Shown piece after piece: positions 36,513 to 47,957 of a DNA stretch of 64,000 bases. Origin of the DNA: Vicugna vicugna (lineage: Eukaryota). The first letter of the stretch is position 1, and each line of letters begins with the position of its first letter. Location of the stretch: contig MU058423.1 of NCBI GenBank assembly GCA_013265495.1, positions 5,006,793 through 5,070,792 on the forward strand. Reading direction: 5' to 3'. The notes under the pieces were generated by a model. That model saw only the letters and a program-made list of their open reading frames with translations. It did no database searches and was not told where the DNA came from. The translations under genes and the position numbers were made by a program.

Positions 36513-37046
36513 TGTTACCCCAAAAGTTAAAGACCTCAGTTCTTGTCACACTTGAAAGGTAAGTTTACAGCTGGGAGATGGTGTGCTGTGTAGTGAAAGA
36601 TTTTCAAAGACTTATTTAAAAAAACAAAAGTGCACCTCCAAGAATGGGAGCGGGCTGATCCAAGGGAGGAGGAGCGGTGGGGTCCATTTTGCCTTCTCTT
36701 GTATCCACACTTAGGGGTGGGCTTTTCATGATTGAAGGCTCTTGCCTGGAATGCCTAGTCACGTTTGTCTCCTTTGTGCATGTCCTTACCCACGGTGTAT
36801 ACACAGAAAAACCCATGGAGGGCCTAAACTGCAGTGTTAATTATATTACGATGAGCATTGGGTCATGTCTGGTTAAGTTTTCTTTGCTACCACACAGTTG
36901 TGACTGTCAGGTTCTAACCAGTTTCTTGCTGGCACTCATTTAAAGTCAAGTCCCTTAATGCTGGAGGCGGGTGTAACAGCATCTTCTGGACCATCCTCCC
37001 TCTCTACCCATCTGCCTGGTGCCCTGACTTACCTAACTACCTAACA
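36513..37046 (-). mobile_element. ERV1-type solo LTR, 534 bp
   Basis: Inverted termini TGTTA...TAACA and perfect 4-bp TSD TTTC (36509-36512 / 37047-37050). The minus strand begins TGTTAGGTAGTTAGG, as in MER4-group LTRs. Confidence 0.88.
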
Positions 37047-37059
37047 TTTCCCCTGAATG

Positions 37060-37830
37060 ACCCAGCCTTGTAAATTCTTGAAATTTGAAGAGCAAATGCC
37101 AGAAAGTTGGTTCATTTGCATCACTGCACGGTGTTTCGGTGTGACACTTGCTGGTCCGTCCGCTTGCCGGCTTTCTCACAGTGTAGGTCGTGTGCTGCGC
37201 ACCTCCCCGTGCACTTCATGCCCAAGTAAGGCCAGGGAGCAGCTGGGCAAAGAAACATCAGAAAGCTTGGCCAGCCCGGCCACACCTGTGCGCCTCTTGT
37301 GGCAGTTGGTGTTTTTCTGAAGCATCTGAGCTAGAAGGGAATTAAAGCAGCAGCGCTGCTGAAATCGGGCAAATTGTAATCCTCGCTGTCAGTTACCACA
37401 AATGAATTTGATTCCAACTGTTGGTCGCAAAGGCTATATTTTGCCTGAGTTATGAAAATCATCATACTGAACTGTTAGAATGCAGACTTTTATGTGGATT
37501 CCTAAGTGTTAGGATTTTGTCAGTCTATCACACAGTTCATCAAAATGCTTTCTTTCTGGGACTTGCTTTCGCACAGTGCTGGATGGAAAGATCTGGAGAT
37601 TAATTTTGAACTCTAATGAAAATTAGCTGTGCTGTTTGGTTTCATGTTGTGATTGTCATCACGGAGGTCAGTGCTAACGATGTGTCAGGCTCTCGGTGAC
37701 AGTTGGCATACAGGCACAGTTTACTCAGAACTCAGGGATGCCATTCTCAGACGATGAGGAGCTATTGAACTGTCAAACCGGGCTGCACAGGTGACAGCTG
37801 ATGCATTTTAGATCAGCTCCTTACCAAAGT
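37060..37830. promoter_or_regulatory. Candidate enhancer with clustered TGACA/TGACAG and E-box motifs
   Basis: No repeat recognised; CpGs retained; seven TGACA cores between 37386 and 37797. Function is inferred only. Confidence 0.4.
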
Positions 37831-40162
37831 GCACAGGCTTTTCTCCTCTCTTCCCGCTAAAGGAAAAATCATTTATTTCATCAGAGTGACTGGTGTGTTT
37901 ATAGTAAACATTTTTCCACCAGATTTTTTTTTGAAATGCTTGCGAAAATAAATGCAAACTCCTGTGAACTTTTTAGAAGCTTTTAAAATCAGAGATAAAA
38001 TATCTGTGCTACAGTGCTCTTTGTTGACTTAATTATCTTTATTTTCTTAATGCTTTTTATGATTGCAAATAGTTTATGTGGATACTGAATTTTTTCAGGC
38101 AGGAAAACATAGGTAAATACAGATACAAAAGTATTTTGTTTGGTTGTGACATAATTCCATTTTAATGGATTTTTATAATTTTATATGTCAAATAACTTTC
38201 TTATTCCTTACTTTAAACATTTTAATACTTTGGAAACATAAAAACCTATTAATAAAAGTAGACATACATTTTTCTTCAAGGCTTACTTCATATTATCAAG
38301 AAAAAAACTATGTGAAACAATTCAGACAAATATGTAGCTATTCCTTACTAATTTTGTGTATATTTTATTTTTTTTAATTCTACGCATAAATTTCCAGACA
38401 ATTTATGTATGGGGCTATAAACCCCTTCATAGATTAATTTCTAATATATGTTAGCATTTGAAAGATTCTTTTGTGTCACTGGGAAAAAACTGTTGCTAAA
38501 GAACTTTAGTCATTAACCTTCCCTTATGGGAAATACAAAGTCCTATTCCTAAAGTAAACTGTTATCATTTATCATAATGAAAGTATAAGTATGTGTGTAA
38601 AAGTATTTTAAGAACTCTATGTGATCAATTTCTAAAAGGTTTATTTCATTGTCATACATATATTTAATTATATTAATCTACTAATTTAATATGTATTTTG
38701 AATTATTAGAAATACACCTGTGATTCCTCAAATTATATTAATTAGACTAGGCCCGACAAGGCAATTCCATTTAGACATAAATGGATATAATAGCATTTAC
38801 GCTGAAGTCACTTAAATGGCATTCTGTTTATCCTCAGGGCAGTACGGAATACAATACAACTAGAGATGATTGACATTTTTCGTAACCTCTCTGTCCTTTC
38901 CTCATGAAAATGCTTAGCTACTTCTGAGAAGCGCAGCTGTTGGACAAAGCACGGGGTCCAAGGTTGTGCCTTTGGGAGGGCTAACAGAGGAATTTAGCCA
39001 ATCGAAAGACAGGCTGGAAAATGTCAGATGAGATATGCCAGTCACCATAAAAGAGGTGATGACCCAAAGAGGTGATAGTGCCAACCTGACGTTGAACTCA
39101 ATCTATAAAGCACAATTCTCTTGCTACTGATTTTACTTACTTCCTTATCTTTGGTATCTGCAGGCAGCTGTTCCAGAGTATAGAGTTAATGCTTAAAAAA
39201 TGGTATAAAAAACCCTTTGTTAAATAGAAGGTAAAATTTCTTTTACCAAAAGATAAACCTCAGCTTATCATATAAGTGGAGGATAGAAAGCAACAACTTC
39301 TGAATGTGAGTATTTTTATGTGAGAAAAAATGGCACACATCTCTATCCTGCCCTTAACGCAACAGAGTTATGTTGCAGAGTCAAGGTATGAAAAGGCCTT
39401 TAATATAAAGAGTGTATTTTTTTTTTAAATGGTGGAAAGCTTTTTGTCTGATCATGTCAACAATTAATTCAAGAAAGACATTACTGTGTGATAAAAATTA
39501 AAATTGAAAAACAAAACATCATAATCATTGGACTAATACAATAACTAATCAACGTCCAGTGGGAAGAGACAGTTTTATTCTAAATGATTAAATTGTGTTT
39601 ATCTTGCTTTTCCAATTTGATTTTCTTTTTTTTAACAGAAAAATAATAGACCTCATTGCTACCTACCACACTTGTTACTATATTTACATTTTAGTTACAT
39701 TTTAACATTAGCAGCAAAAAACATCCTGAGCTGTGTAATGTTACCAATTACATTGTTGGTAGGTTATATAATCTGCCAATTACAACTAAAAATAAATGCC
39801 AGGTGTTTGGAGCCCAAGTCATTAAAATGCGCATGATGGGCTGGGACTGACCCTGGGGCTGTCTTAGCATCATCAACATAAAAATCACAAGAGGAAGGAA
39901 CGAAAAACAAACAAACAAACAAACAAAAAACACAGGGACCAAAAAAAAAAGGGGGGTGGGGGTGGACAATAAGGAGAAAAATGTGTCCTAAGTGTGTGGC
40001 TGACTTTAATTTTCCTGCTTGACCCTCTCTCTGTATTCTTCTTGGTTTCTGTTTCGCATTTGCACTCTTACCAAAATTAGAACACATTTTGCAAGCCTAT
40101 GGGGTAATACAAGTATTAGAATGTGTATTTTCTATCCCAGAACAAACAATTTGAATTTCATT

Positions 40163-40632
40163 TGTGGGAGAAGAAAAACAATTTTCCCTCCACTCTTTCA
40201 GGTTTTTGACTGAGGCCCCCACTTATAATAAAAGGGCCGATTACTTAACAGGAGAAAAACAAATGTAGTAACATGTACACCTCCTGTGTATATGAGAGAC
40301 ACTCAGGGAGACTGAGTCACTCCTTGGAATTGTAAAACCATCATCTTAAATGCCATCTGCAGCTAAAAACAAGGGATGTTGGGGATGGGGAGTCAGTTAT
40401 GGGTGGTTAAGGTGGTCTCTGCTTTATGGATTGATAAGAGTTTCCAGAGATATAATCACCCTTACAAACGCAGGTTTTCTTTATACACATAAATAAATGT
40501 CTCTAACAAAAGGATAGCTTCTATTTGGTTTCCAGAGCTTCTCCTGTGTCTACTGTTTCTTAAAAATAATCAGTCTAAAATAATCATTATGCCAGAGGCA
40601 TATTTTGGTCTGACAGAGTCAACTCCCCTTCA
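40163..40632 (-). mobile_element. ERV1 solo LTR, MER34-like
   Basis: TG...CA termini; TSD CATT (40159-40162) / CATC (40633-40636); CAGAGCTTCTCCTGTGTCT..TGTTTCTTAAAAATAATCAG. Confidence 0.88.
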
Positions 40633-41051
40633 CATCAGATATTAGAATGTTTTCTCCTAAATGTGAGGAGGAAAAAGAAGAGTAGGAGAATCTAGGTGCT
40701 TCTCAGAACAAATTTATCAATTCAAAATATGAGAAAATTAAATACTTCCAATTTACAATGAGTTTTAAATGTTTTTTGTATTAACTATAGATTTTTGATT
40801 CTTAATTACTTTCCAGGAAATTTAGAATCTGCAGTGAATTTTTTAATTCCCCTCAACGTTTGTTAAGTGATGGTCTCTTCATTGGCCTATAGGAGGATGC
40901 CAAATTTAAAACTGCTCAGCAGATAGCTGCCAGGTACAATGGATGAATGTGTGGAGGAGCAGTGATGCCAGGTGTGTGGTATGTAGCTCAAATCCATATC
41001 TATGCTCATATAATTTGCCCTCCATGATCCCAGAAAAAGAGCCAGTCCTTC

Positions 41052-41589
41052 TGTTGCCGAATGCAGGTTCTTGTGCCTGATGCACAGTGAGGCCAAGTAA
41101 ACCTTATCATCAGAGTTTGGAGCAAAGTTAATTGCAACTGTCATGGAAGGAGAACAGAGAGGGCTTGTGCTCAGAAACCCCGATCTCCCCAATGACTTTC
41201 AGGGGGAGAGTTTTTATAGGCAAAATTTGGGGTGAAGGCCCCAGGGTGTGTGACTTTCTTCCGATGGGCTGGTGGTGAGATAACAGGGATCTTGTGCTTA
41301 GGGTGAATTGGCATCTACCTGGGTGGGGGCTTTAGTCCCTGCGGAAGAACTCAAAGATACATTGCTCTGTACATCCCGTGAGGAGGAACCAGGACCCTGC
41401 TTTACGGCTGCATTGCTGTCTCTTGACTGCTCCACTTCTGTTTCTGCATTCCCTCCCTTCCCTAATTAGTGACTGTTTGGAACTCAGGGAAGGTCTAGGA
41501 GGCTGAAGCCTTTTTCCTACAAATAAGAAACAGAGGACACAGAAAGGCTTTTGTGCCCAAGAGGCCCCACTGGGTCATGCTCGGTTTCA
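41052..41589 (-). mobile_element. ERV1 solo LTR (laurasiatherian/cetartiodactyl family, name not assigned)
   Basis: TG...CA termini; perfect TSD CTTC (41048-41051 / 41590-41593); TTTTTATAG (TATA box on the minus strand) near 41210. Confidence 0.9.
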
Positions 41590-41603
41590 CTTCCATTTGA
41601 TGA

Positions 41604-42134
41604 TTAGGGGAGCAGAATTTGCCACACCAACATATGCCTCATCGACCTAAAGAATATTTTGATCTGGTTATTTTTTAAAAACTGCAGACACAGGAGAAGC
41701 TCTGAAAATTGAGTAAATGTTACCCTTTGTAAGAGACATTTACATAAGGGAAATCTCCCTTTGTAAGGGTGTTTTTCTCTCTCTGTACCAGAAAGAGGGG
41801 GATGGATGACCAAATTTCTAGAAACTCTTATCAGTGCATAAGGCAAGGACTTCAGTTTGCGTAACAGCCTTACACATGTTTACTGTGCTTTTTCTGGTAA
41901 CCCCCCCAGACCTCGTTCCCACCCCAGCATCTCTGGCCTCCAGCTGGAGATGGTGCTGAAGGGGATGCTCTCCACCATTGTGGGGAGTCACTCACTTCCC
42001 TGGGCCTCTCTTGTGTACACATATCATTGAAACTTCGTTTGCTTTTCTTCTGTTATTCTGTCTTGTATCACTTTAACTCTTAGGCCAGCCAAACAACCTA
42101 CAAAGGGGAGAAGGAAACATTTTCTTCCCCTGCA
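41604..42134 (+). mobile_element. MER34-like 5' LTR of a deleted provirus
   Basis: GCAGAATTTGCCAC..CAA.ATATGCC start; GACACAGGAGAAGCTCTG (inverse of 40533-40551); ends TTTCTTCCCCTGCA. Confidence 0.85.
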
Positions 42135-42136
42135 CT

Positions 42137-42154
42137 TGGCATGGTAGGCAGGAT
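42137..42154 (+). other. Retroviral primer binding site, tRNA-Ser type
   Basis: TGGCATGGTAGGCAGGAT starts 2 nt after the LTR's CA and matches TGGCGTAGTCGGCAGGAT (complement of the tRNA-Ser 3' end) at 15 of 18 positions. Confidence 0.75.
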
Positions 42155-43274
42155 ACTTCACTGGGTGGAAGCTACTTGCTCCGAGGCTGCTGCACCTGCG
42201 AAATTCTGGGACATCTGACAAAAAGCCAGCAGAAGGGAAGACGTCCCGCCACGTTAGTATCCTGGATCTCTGCCTGCGTGGTCTAATGGAAGCGAGAGTG
42301 GTGAGAATCCTTTTCTTTTTTTAAAATTTGGATTAGCAGGGGAAAATATTTGTCGAATTTATTCCTTAGGTATAGAAACCCTGGTGAAAATTTGCTTTGA
42401 GTACTCTTGTATTGATCCTGTTCGTCCCAGAAATGGTCACTGTTTCATTTTGTCTACTTTATGAGCAGGGAGAATATGTTCTCTCTTGTCTCCACCGGCC
42501 AGAGGATGCATATGCATATGGTACCACCAAACTGGCTGTGGGTCTGAGCTTCTGAGCTTAGGGAATTAAGGGAGGGGGGTAACATTTTAGCTTGGTGAGT
42601 CACCGTATTCTGTTCAAAAGGTCAAATGGTGGGTGGGAGGGGAACATGTGGTTCCGTGTGTTTTGGAACAGCTGTTTAAAAACAGACCCCACACAGTTCC
42701 TGTGCTTTCTTAAACTATCTCTGGGAGTGAGCTTTTTGGATCTTGTGAGGGCTACGTCTTTTGTACTTTCTTGCAAGATGCCTCTTGGGTCCTTGGTTAA
42801 GCCACAGGTTTGAGTCACTATTGAGATTAATATAAGATCCTGCTGTCAATGGCCAGATCCTTTGAACTGGCTATATTTAAAAGACAAAAGAAAAAAAAAA
42901 GAGAGAGAGAGAGAGCTCTCACCTTAAATAATTGTCTTACCAGTACCTACGGAAAGACCAATTAAATAGTAAATACAAAAGAATATAACAACTAGTCTTA
43001 AGGACTCCCTTAATAAAAGAACAAACATTGGACTTAGAACAAAAATTTGAAGTCCGCGTCTAATGTAAATTGTCCTTCTTATATAACCCTTTTATCCTCA
43101 GCTCCCTGTACCTGACCCTCTAGAAGATCTTTTGGGTCTCTAGGTCCCTGGTCTAAACGAATACTTGTAAGTACTGAGTAAGTTGGTTTTTCTCCCATTA
43201 ACCTATTTTATGTTAATTTAATTATTAGCCCAGCCAAAAAACTAGAAAGAAAGAAAAAAATTTCCTCCCCTACA
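42155..43274 (+). mobile_element. ERV1 internal leader/gag-start remnant joined to the 3' end of a second MER34-like LTR (about 43160-43274)
   Basis: Follows the PBS. The terminal about 100 bp (CCAGCCAAA...TTTCCTCCCCTACA) parallels 42035-42134. No open gag/pol/env frame. Confidence 0.7.
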
Positions 43275-43323
43275 GTGCATTCTGCATCTACTCAAGGAGA
43301 GCACTCCTACAATTGTATCCTTT

Positions 43324-43974
43324 TGTTAGAGCAAGCAGATAGCTAGATATGTGCAGAGAAAGGGGGACGCAGGCCAAATGGCAGGAGTTGGGCAGAAAGG
43401 AGGGACACAGGCCAAATGCAGGAAATCATACATCATGTAAGCACCAGGGGTCCCTGGGCAGAGAGAAAAGCAGGAACCTCTGGGCTGATCAGCGGTCACA
43501 CCTTTAGGGGTGATGAGCAGTCTGGAGGTCGACAAAGAAAGGTGGGAAAAGGCAGGAGTCTCTAGTGTCTGAATGTAACCTTTTGCTCATTATATCTGCA
43601 CTTCAATAAAATTAGCCTTGCAGATTGGAAGTACCCATCATGCACCAACACCATGACACTTCCGATCCAGAATAAGGACAAAAATCCCTCTTCCTTTCGG
43701 GAAGGTAGAGTTGGGATGAAAATCAGGGAATATGACTCCAAACCCCTCCCTCCCAATTGAATATTCCGCCCATTTATTTTTACACTCTGTGTAACCAACT
43801 TGCCAAAGAAACCCAGGGCAGCTGCTCACCTGAGCCTGCCCGCTCTCCCCTTGAGAGTGTACTATCCATCCCTTAATAAAGCCTCACTTTACTTCCTTAA
43901 CCTCTGTGTCTTGTCTCTGAATTCTTTCTGAGGTGGGGCAAGAACCTGGACACTGGTTACATCAACCGGCAACA
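43324..43974 (+). mobile_element. ERV1 solo LTR (MER66-like/MER4 group)
   Basis: TGTTAG...GCAACA termini; flanks CCTT(T) / CCTT; AATAAA at about 43875; CTGAATTCTTTCTG...CAAGAAC U5 pattern. Confidence 0.85.
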
Positions 43975-44072
43975 CCTTCACTTTTGTATCACCAATTGTT
44001 TCATCTTCACTGTGTCATTCCAAGATCCCCCAAGCATACTATGTTTAAAGTAAGAAATACTTTAAACAACAC

Positions 44073-44440
44073 TGAAACCAAGCAGGACCCTGTGGGACCC
44101 TCCTGGGTACAGATCTTTCTGTGTCCTCTGTGTTTCTTGTCTGTAGGAAAAAGGCTTCAGCCTCCTAGCCCTCCTTGAATACCAAAGGGCAGATTCAAAC
44201 AGTTGCTAATCAGGGAAGTAAGGGAGTGCAGAAACAAAGGGGGGAATAATCAAGAAACAATAGTCAGAGATTAAAGCAGGATCCTGGGTCCTCCTCGGGG
44301 GATATACAGAACAATACCTTTGACTTCCTCTGTAGGAACTAAGGTTCCCATCCAGGTGGAGGATGGCAACTTCAGGCTGAGCACAGGATTCCTGGAACAC
44401 AGCTGTGTTACCTCACCACCAACCAATCTGAAGAAAGTCT
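44073..44440 (+). mobile_element. 3'-truncated ERV1 LTR, same family as 41052-41589 but opposite orientation
   Basis: TGAAACCAAGCAGGACCC...TGTAGGAAAAAGGCTTCAGCCTCCTAG is the reverse complement of about 41495-41589. Confidence 0.9.
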
Positions 44441-45100
44441 CCCTGATTCCACTCTGGCCCCATCCTCACCACTGCTTATTCTCCTCAAGGCAGCCATGGT
44501 TATAATGTTAAAAGGTAAGTCAGATCATATAAATGTTCCTCTCAGAACTCTCCATTCATCTCGTTCAGAATAAGGGTATTTATAATGGTCTACAAGATTG
44601 TCCATGATGTCGTTCCTCGCGAGTGCTCTAATGCCATCTCCTGCTGCTCTCTCCTCTGCTCTTTCTGCTCCAGTCATGACCTACTTGGTAATTACCAACT
44701 ATGCTGAACCTGTTTCTGCCCTAGGTTCTTTCATGTGTACTGTTTCCTCTTATATAACTTTCTTTTGCAAAGCGCTTAGCTTTCTTTCACTTTCTTCAGG
44801 TCTCTGAACAAATGTCAACCTTATCAGAAAAGTCTTACCATACCACCTTATATAAAATGACATCCTATAATTCTCTGTTCTCTTCGCCACGTCTTCCTTC
44901 CCTTCAAAGCACTTACTGCATCTCATACATTATATAGTCATGTGTTTACACCTTTATGTCTGTCTCCCCAACACACAGACGTAACAGGCTGGTGACTTTG
45001 TACTTTGTTTCATTCCTATAGACTCAGTCCCTAGGACAGTGAATATTGCAGATTAATACTAAAAATAAAAAAAAGATGTTGAATGATGATTGAGTAAGTA
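44441..45100 (+). mobile_element. L2 (L2a-like) 3' region
   Basis: TAAGTCAGATCAT, TTTATAATGGTCTACAAG, CTTCAGGTCTCTG..CAAATGTCA, terminal TGTTGAATGA. Confidence 0.87.
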
Positions 45101-45380
45101 AACTGAAGAGAGAATTTTTTGACACACAGCGAGAGACTTCAGTCCTTATTAAAGAGTTGTATGCTGAACTTTCTTTAGGTACAATCTTCCACCAACACTA
45201 TAGCAGTACAAAAACGTGTCAAAATGTACAACTAAATCTCTACCAAGTCAAAAAGGACATTAAACACTGGAAAAATATTTTAAGTCTATATATTTAGGAC
45301 TATATATTACTAATCCCATGGGATATATGTCTTTGAAAATTCCACAAGTGCTTTTGGAAAACATAATTTGAAATGATTAA

Positions 45381-45405
45381 TTCTTCTTCTTCTTCTCCTT
45401 TCCCT

Positions 45406-45441
<36 letters not shown>
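45381..45441. repeat. (TTC)n plus a 34-nt poly(T) polypyrimidine tract
   Basis: Read directly; T-run at 45408-45441. Confidence 0.95.
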
Positions 45442-45444
<3 letters not shown>

Positions 45445-46659
45445 ACTGGGTTTGCTATCTGTGGCTCTTTTCTCTTCCAGCATTTCCAAACAATCTATGT
45501 AACAATCCAGGCTAGACTTTCTGGCAATGTTTTTATTACTATTCTTTAATTTTGGAAATAAATTAGTTTCATTTGAATATTGCTGCATTTATCCACCACC
45601 TCCCTTTAAGTGACTCATTCTCTGTAACTGTAAAACCAGTATTAACTATAGTGGAACTGCCATAAAATTAACACTGTTCATCAGTACCTTATGATGTAAT
45701 TTATAAAAGCCATGGAAAATAAATTCACTGCAAATAGCCAAGGATTTAGATACTGTGTACATTTCAGTATTGAATTTCTTCTTACAGTTTTGTGTTTATG
45801 ATTTTACTATGGTGTGCTCACATGTGCGAGAACTGTTGGAAGAAAAGTTCAAAGACACTGATACTGGATGGAAGATCTCTACACCCTCTGTCTAGGAGAC
45901 ATCATCTACATTCCACGTGTGTATTGGGATGTATTTTTCCCAGAAGACCTGTGTCTAATTTTTCCTGGTACTCTCAGAAGTACCATCTTAACTAGATGAT
46001 TTAGGGATGTAAACAATCTGGCTCTAAACACAGGAGGGTGAGGGTGTCTAATGCCTTTGAAATTCTAGGGAGGAGGAGGGGGGAGTTGTTTTTTTTTTAA
46101 CCCACTATCCAGAGCCCACAAGAACATCTGTTTCTCTTAGTTCACAACTTTCCTCAAAACGGAGCTTTTTCTGGTTCCAGACTTGGGAGGAGCCATTTCT
46201 CTTCCGTCTCACCAGCTAGCTTAAGCCCAGGCTAGCCCATACGCCTTCTCTCTTTCCCTCTCTGCAGTTTCTTTCCAATGAAACTATGAATTCCTGAGAA
46301 AATACCAAAAGGGTAGAGTGTGTCTTTAGAATCTCTTAACTATTCTGTATACTCCAAAATATTAGTAAATTACTGAACATACGCAGATACATATTTAAAT
46401 TTTCTTAAATCTTTGAATATATTTCTTACAATAGAAAAAATGCTTTGCTTTTTCACAAGATTATTTCTCTCTTCCAAAGATGATTCAGAATAATGACTAT
46501 GAATCATCTATAAATGTGAATCATACATCATATATATCATAAATTCTCTCTTTACCTATTTCTATCTCTATTTTTCTATATGTATATATGATTTTTGGCA
46601 CATTTAATTTAGAAAATAAACATATTTCATACTATCTATTCATTTGTACCATTTCATGT

Positions 46660-47957
46660 ATGCTACATGTAAAGAAATGAAATTAGAACATTCTCTAACA
46701 CTGTATACAAAAATAAACTTAAAATGGATTAAAGACCTAAATATAAGACCAGATTCTATAAAACCCCTAGAAGAAAACAGGCAGAACAATCTTTGACATA
46801 AATCACAGCAATAATTTTTTGGATCTGTCTCCTAAAGTAAAGGAAATAAAAGCAAAAATAAACAAATGGAGCCTAATTAAACTTAAAAGCTTTTGCACAG
46901 CAAAGGAAACCATCAACAAAACAAAAAGATAACCTATTGAATGGGAGAAAATATCTGCAAATGATATGATGGATAATGGGTTAATATCTAACATATATAA
47001 ACAGCTCACAAACTCAATATCAAAAAAATCAAACAACCCAATTAAATAATGGGCAGAAGAACTGAATAGACATTTTTCGACAGAGGAAATGCAGATGGTC
47101 AACAGGCACATGAAAGGATGCTCAGCACTGCTAATCTTCAGGGAAATGCAAATGAAAACCAAAATGGCACATCATCTCACACCTGTCAGAATGGCTATCA
47201 TCTAAAAGAACACAAATAACAAATGTTGGTGAGGATCTGGAGAAAAGTGAATTCTTCTACTTTGTTGGTGGAAGTGTAAATTGTTGTAGCCATTGTGAAA
47301 AACCGTATGGAAATTTCTCAAAAAACTAAAACCAGAACTACCATATGACCCAACAATTACACTCCTGGGTATATATATCTGAAAAAAACATAAAGACTAA
47401 TTTGAAAACATACATACACCCCAATGTTCACAGCAGCGTTATTTACAATTGCCAAGATACGGAAGCAACCTAAGTGTCGATCAACAGATGAATGGATAAA
47501 GAAGATGTGGTTTATATACATGATAGAATACTACTTGGCCATAACAAAGAATGAAATTTTGCCATTTGCAGCAACATGGACTGACTTGGAGGGCATTATG
47601 CCAAGTGAAATAAGTCAGACAGAGAAAGACAAATACTGTTTGATGTCACTGATATGTGGAATCTAAAAAATACAACAAACTAGTGGATATAACAGAAAAG
47701 AAGCAGACACAAATATAGAGAACAAAGTAGTGGTTACCAGTGGGGAGAGGGAAGGGGAAAGGAGCACTATAGGGTAACAGACTAAGAGGTGCAAACTATT
47801 AGGTATAAAATAAGCTACCAGAATATATTGGACAACATGGAATATAGCCAGTATTTATAATAACTATAAATGGAACATAGCCTTCAAAATTTGTAAATTG
47901 TTATACTGTACATCTGTGACATGTAATATTGTATAGCAACTATACTTCAATAAAAAT
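46660..47957 (+). mobile_element. Relatively young 5'-truncated L1 (about 1.3 kb): ORF2 C-terminus and 3' UTR
   Basis: ORF 47424..47666 (MFTAALFTIAK...STDEWIKKMW...FAATWTDLEGIM.SEISQTEKDKY...SLICGI) is the L1 ORF2 C-terminus; upstream stops and frameshifts; ends TATACTTCAATAAAAAA. Confidence 0.96.

Noticed and set aside
43690..43703. GAS-like TTTCGGGAA in the 43324-43974 LTR
   Set aside because: One mismatch to TTCNNNGAA and a single site; insufficient.
45310..45588. ORF with a poly-Lys/Arg tract resembling a nuclear localisation signal
   Set aside because: Translation of the poly(T)/(TTC)n tract. No TSD or retrocopy body was found next to the tract either.
46803..47162. 119-aa hydrophobic minus-strand ORF
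   Set aside because: Antisense reading of A-rich L1 ORF2, a well-known source of spurious membrane-protein-like ORFs.
47424..47666. 80-aa ORF with clear protein homology
   Set aside because: It is the C-terminus of L1 ORF2 in a 5'-truncated element with upstream stops, not a host gene.
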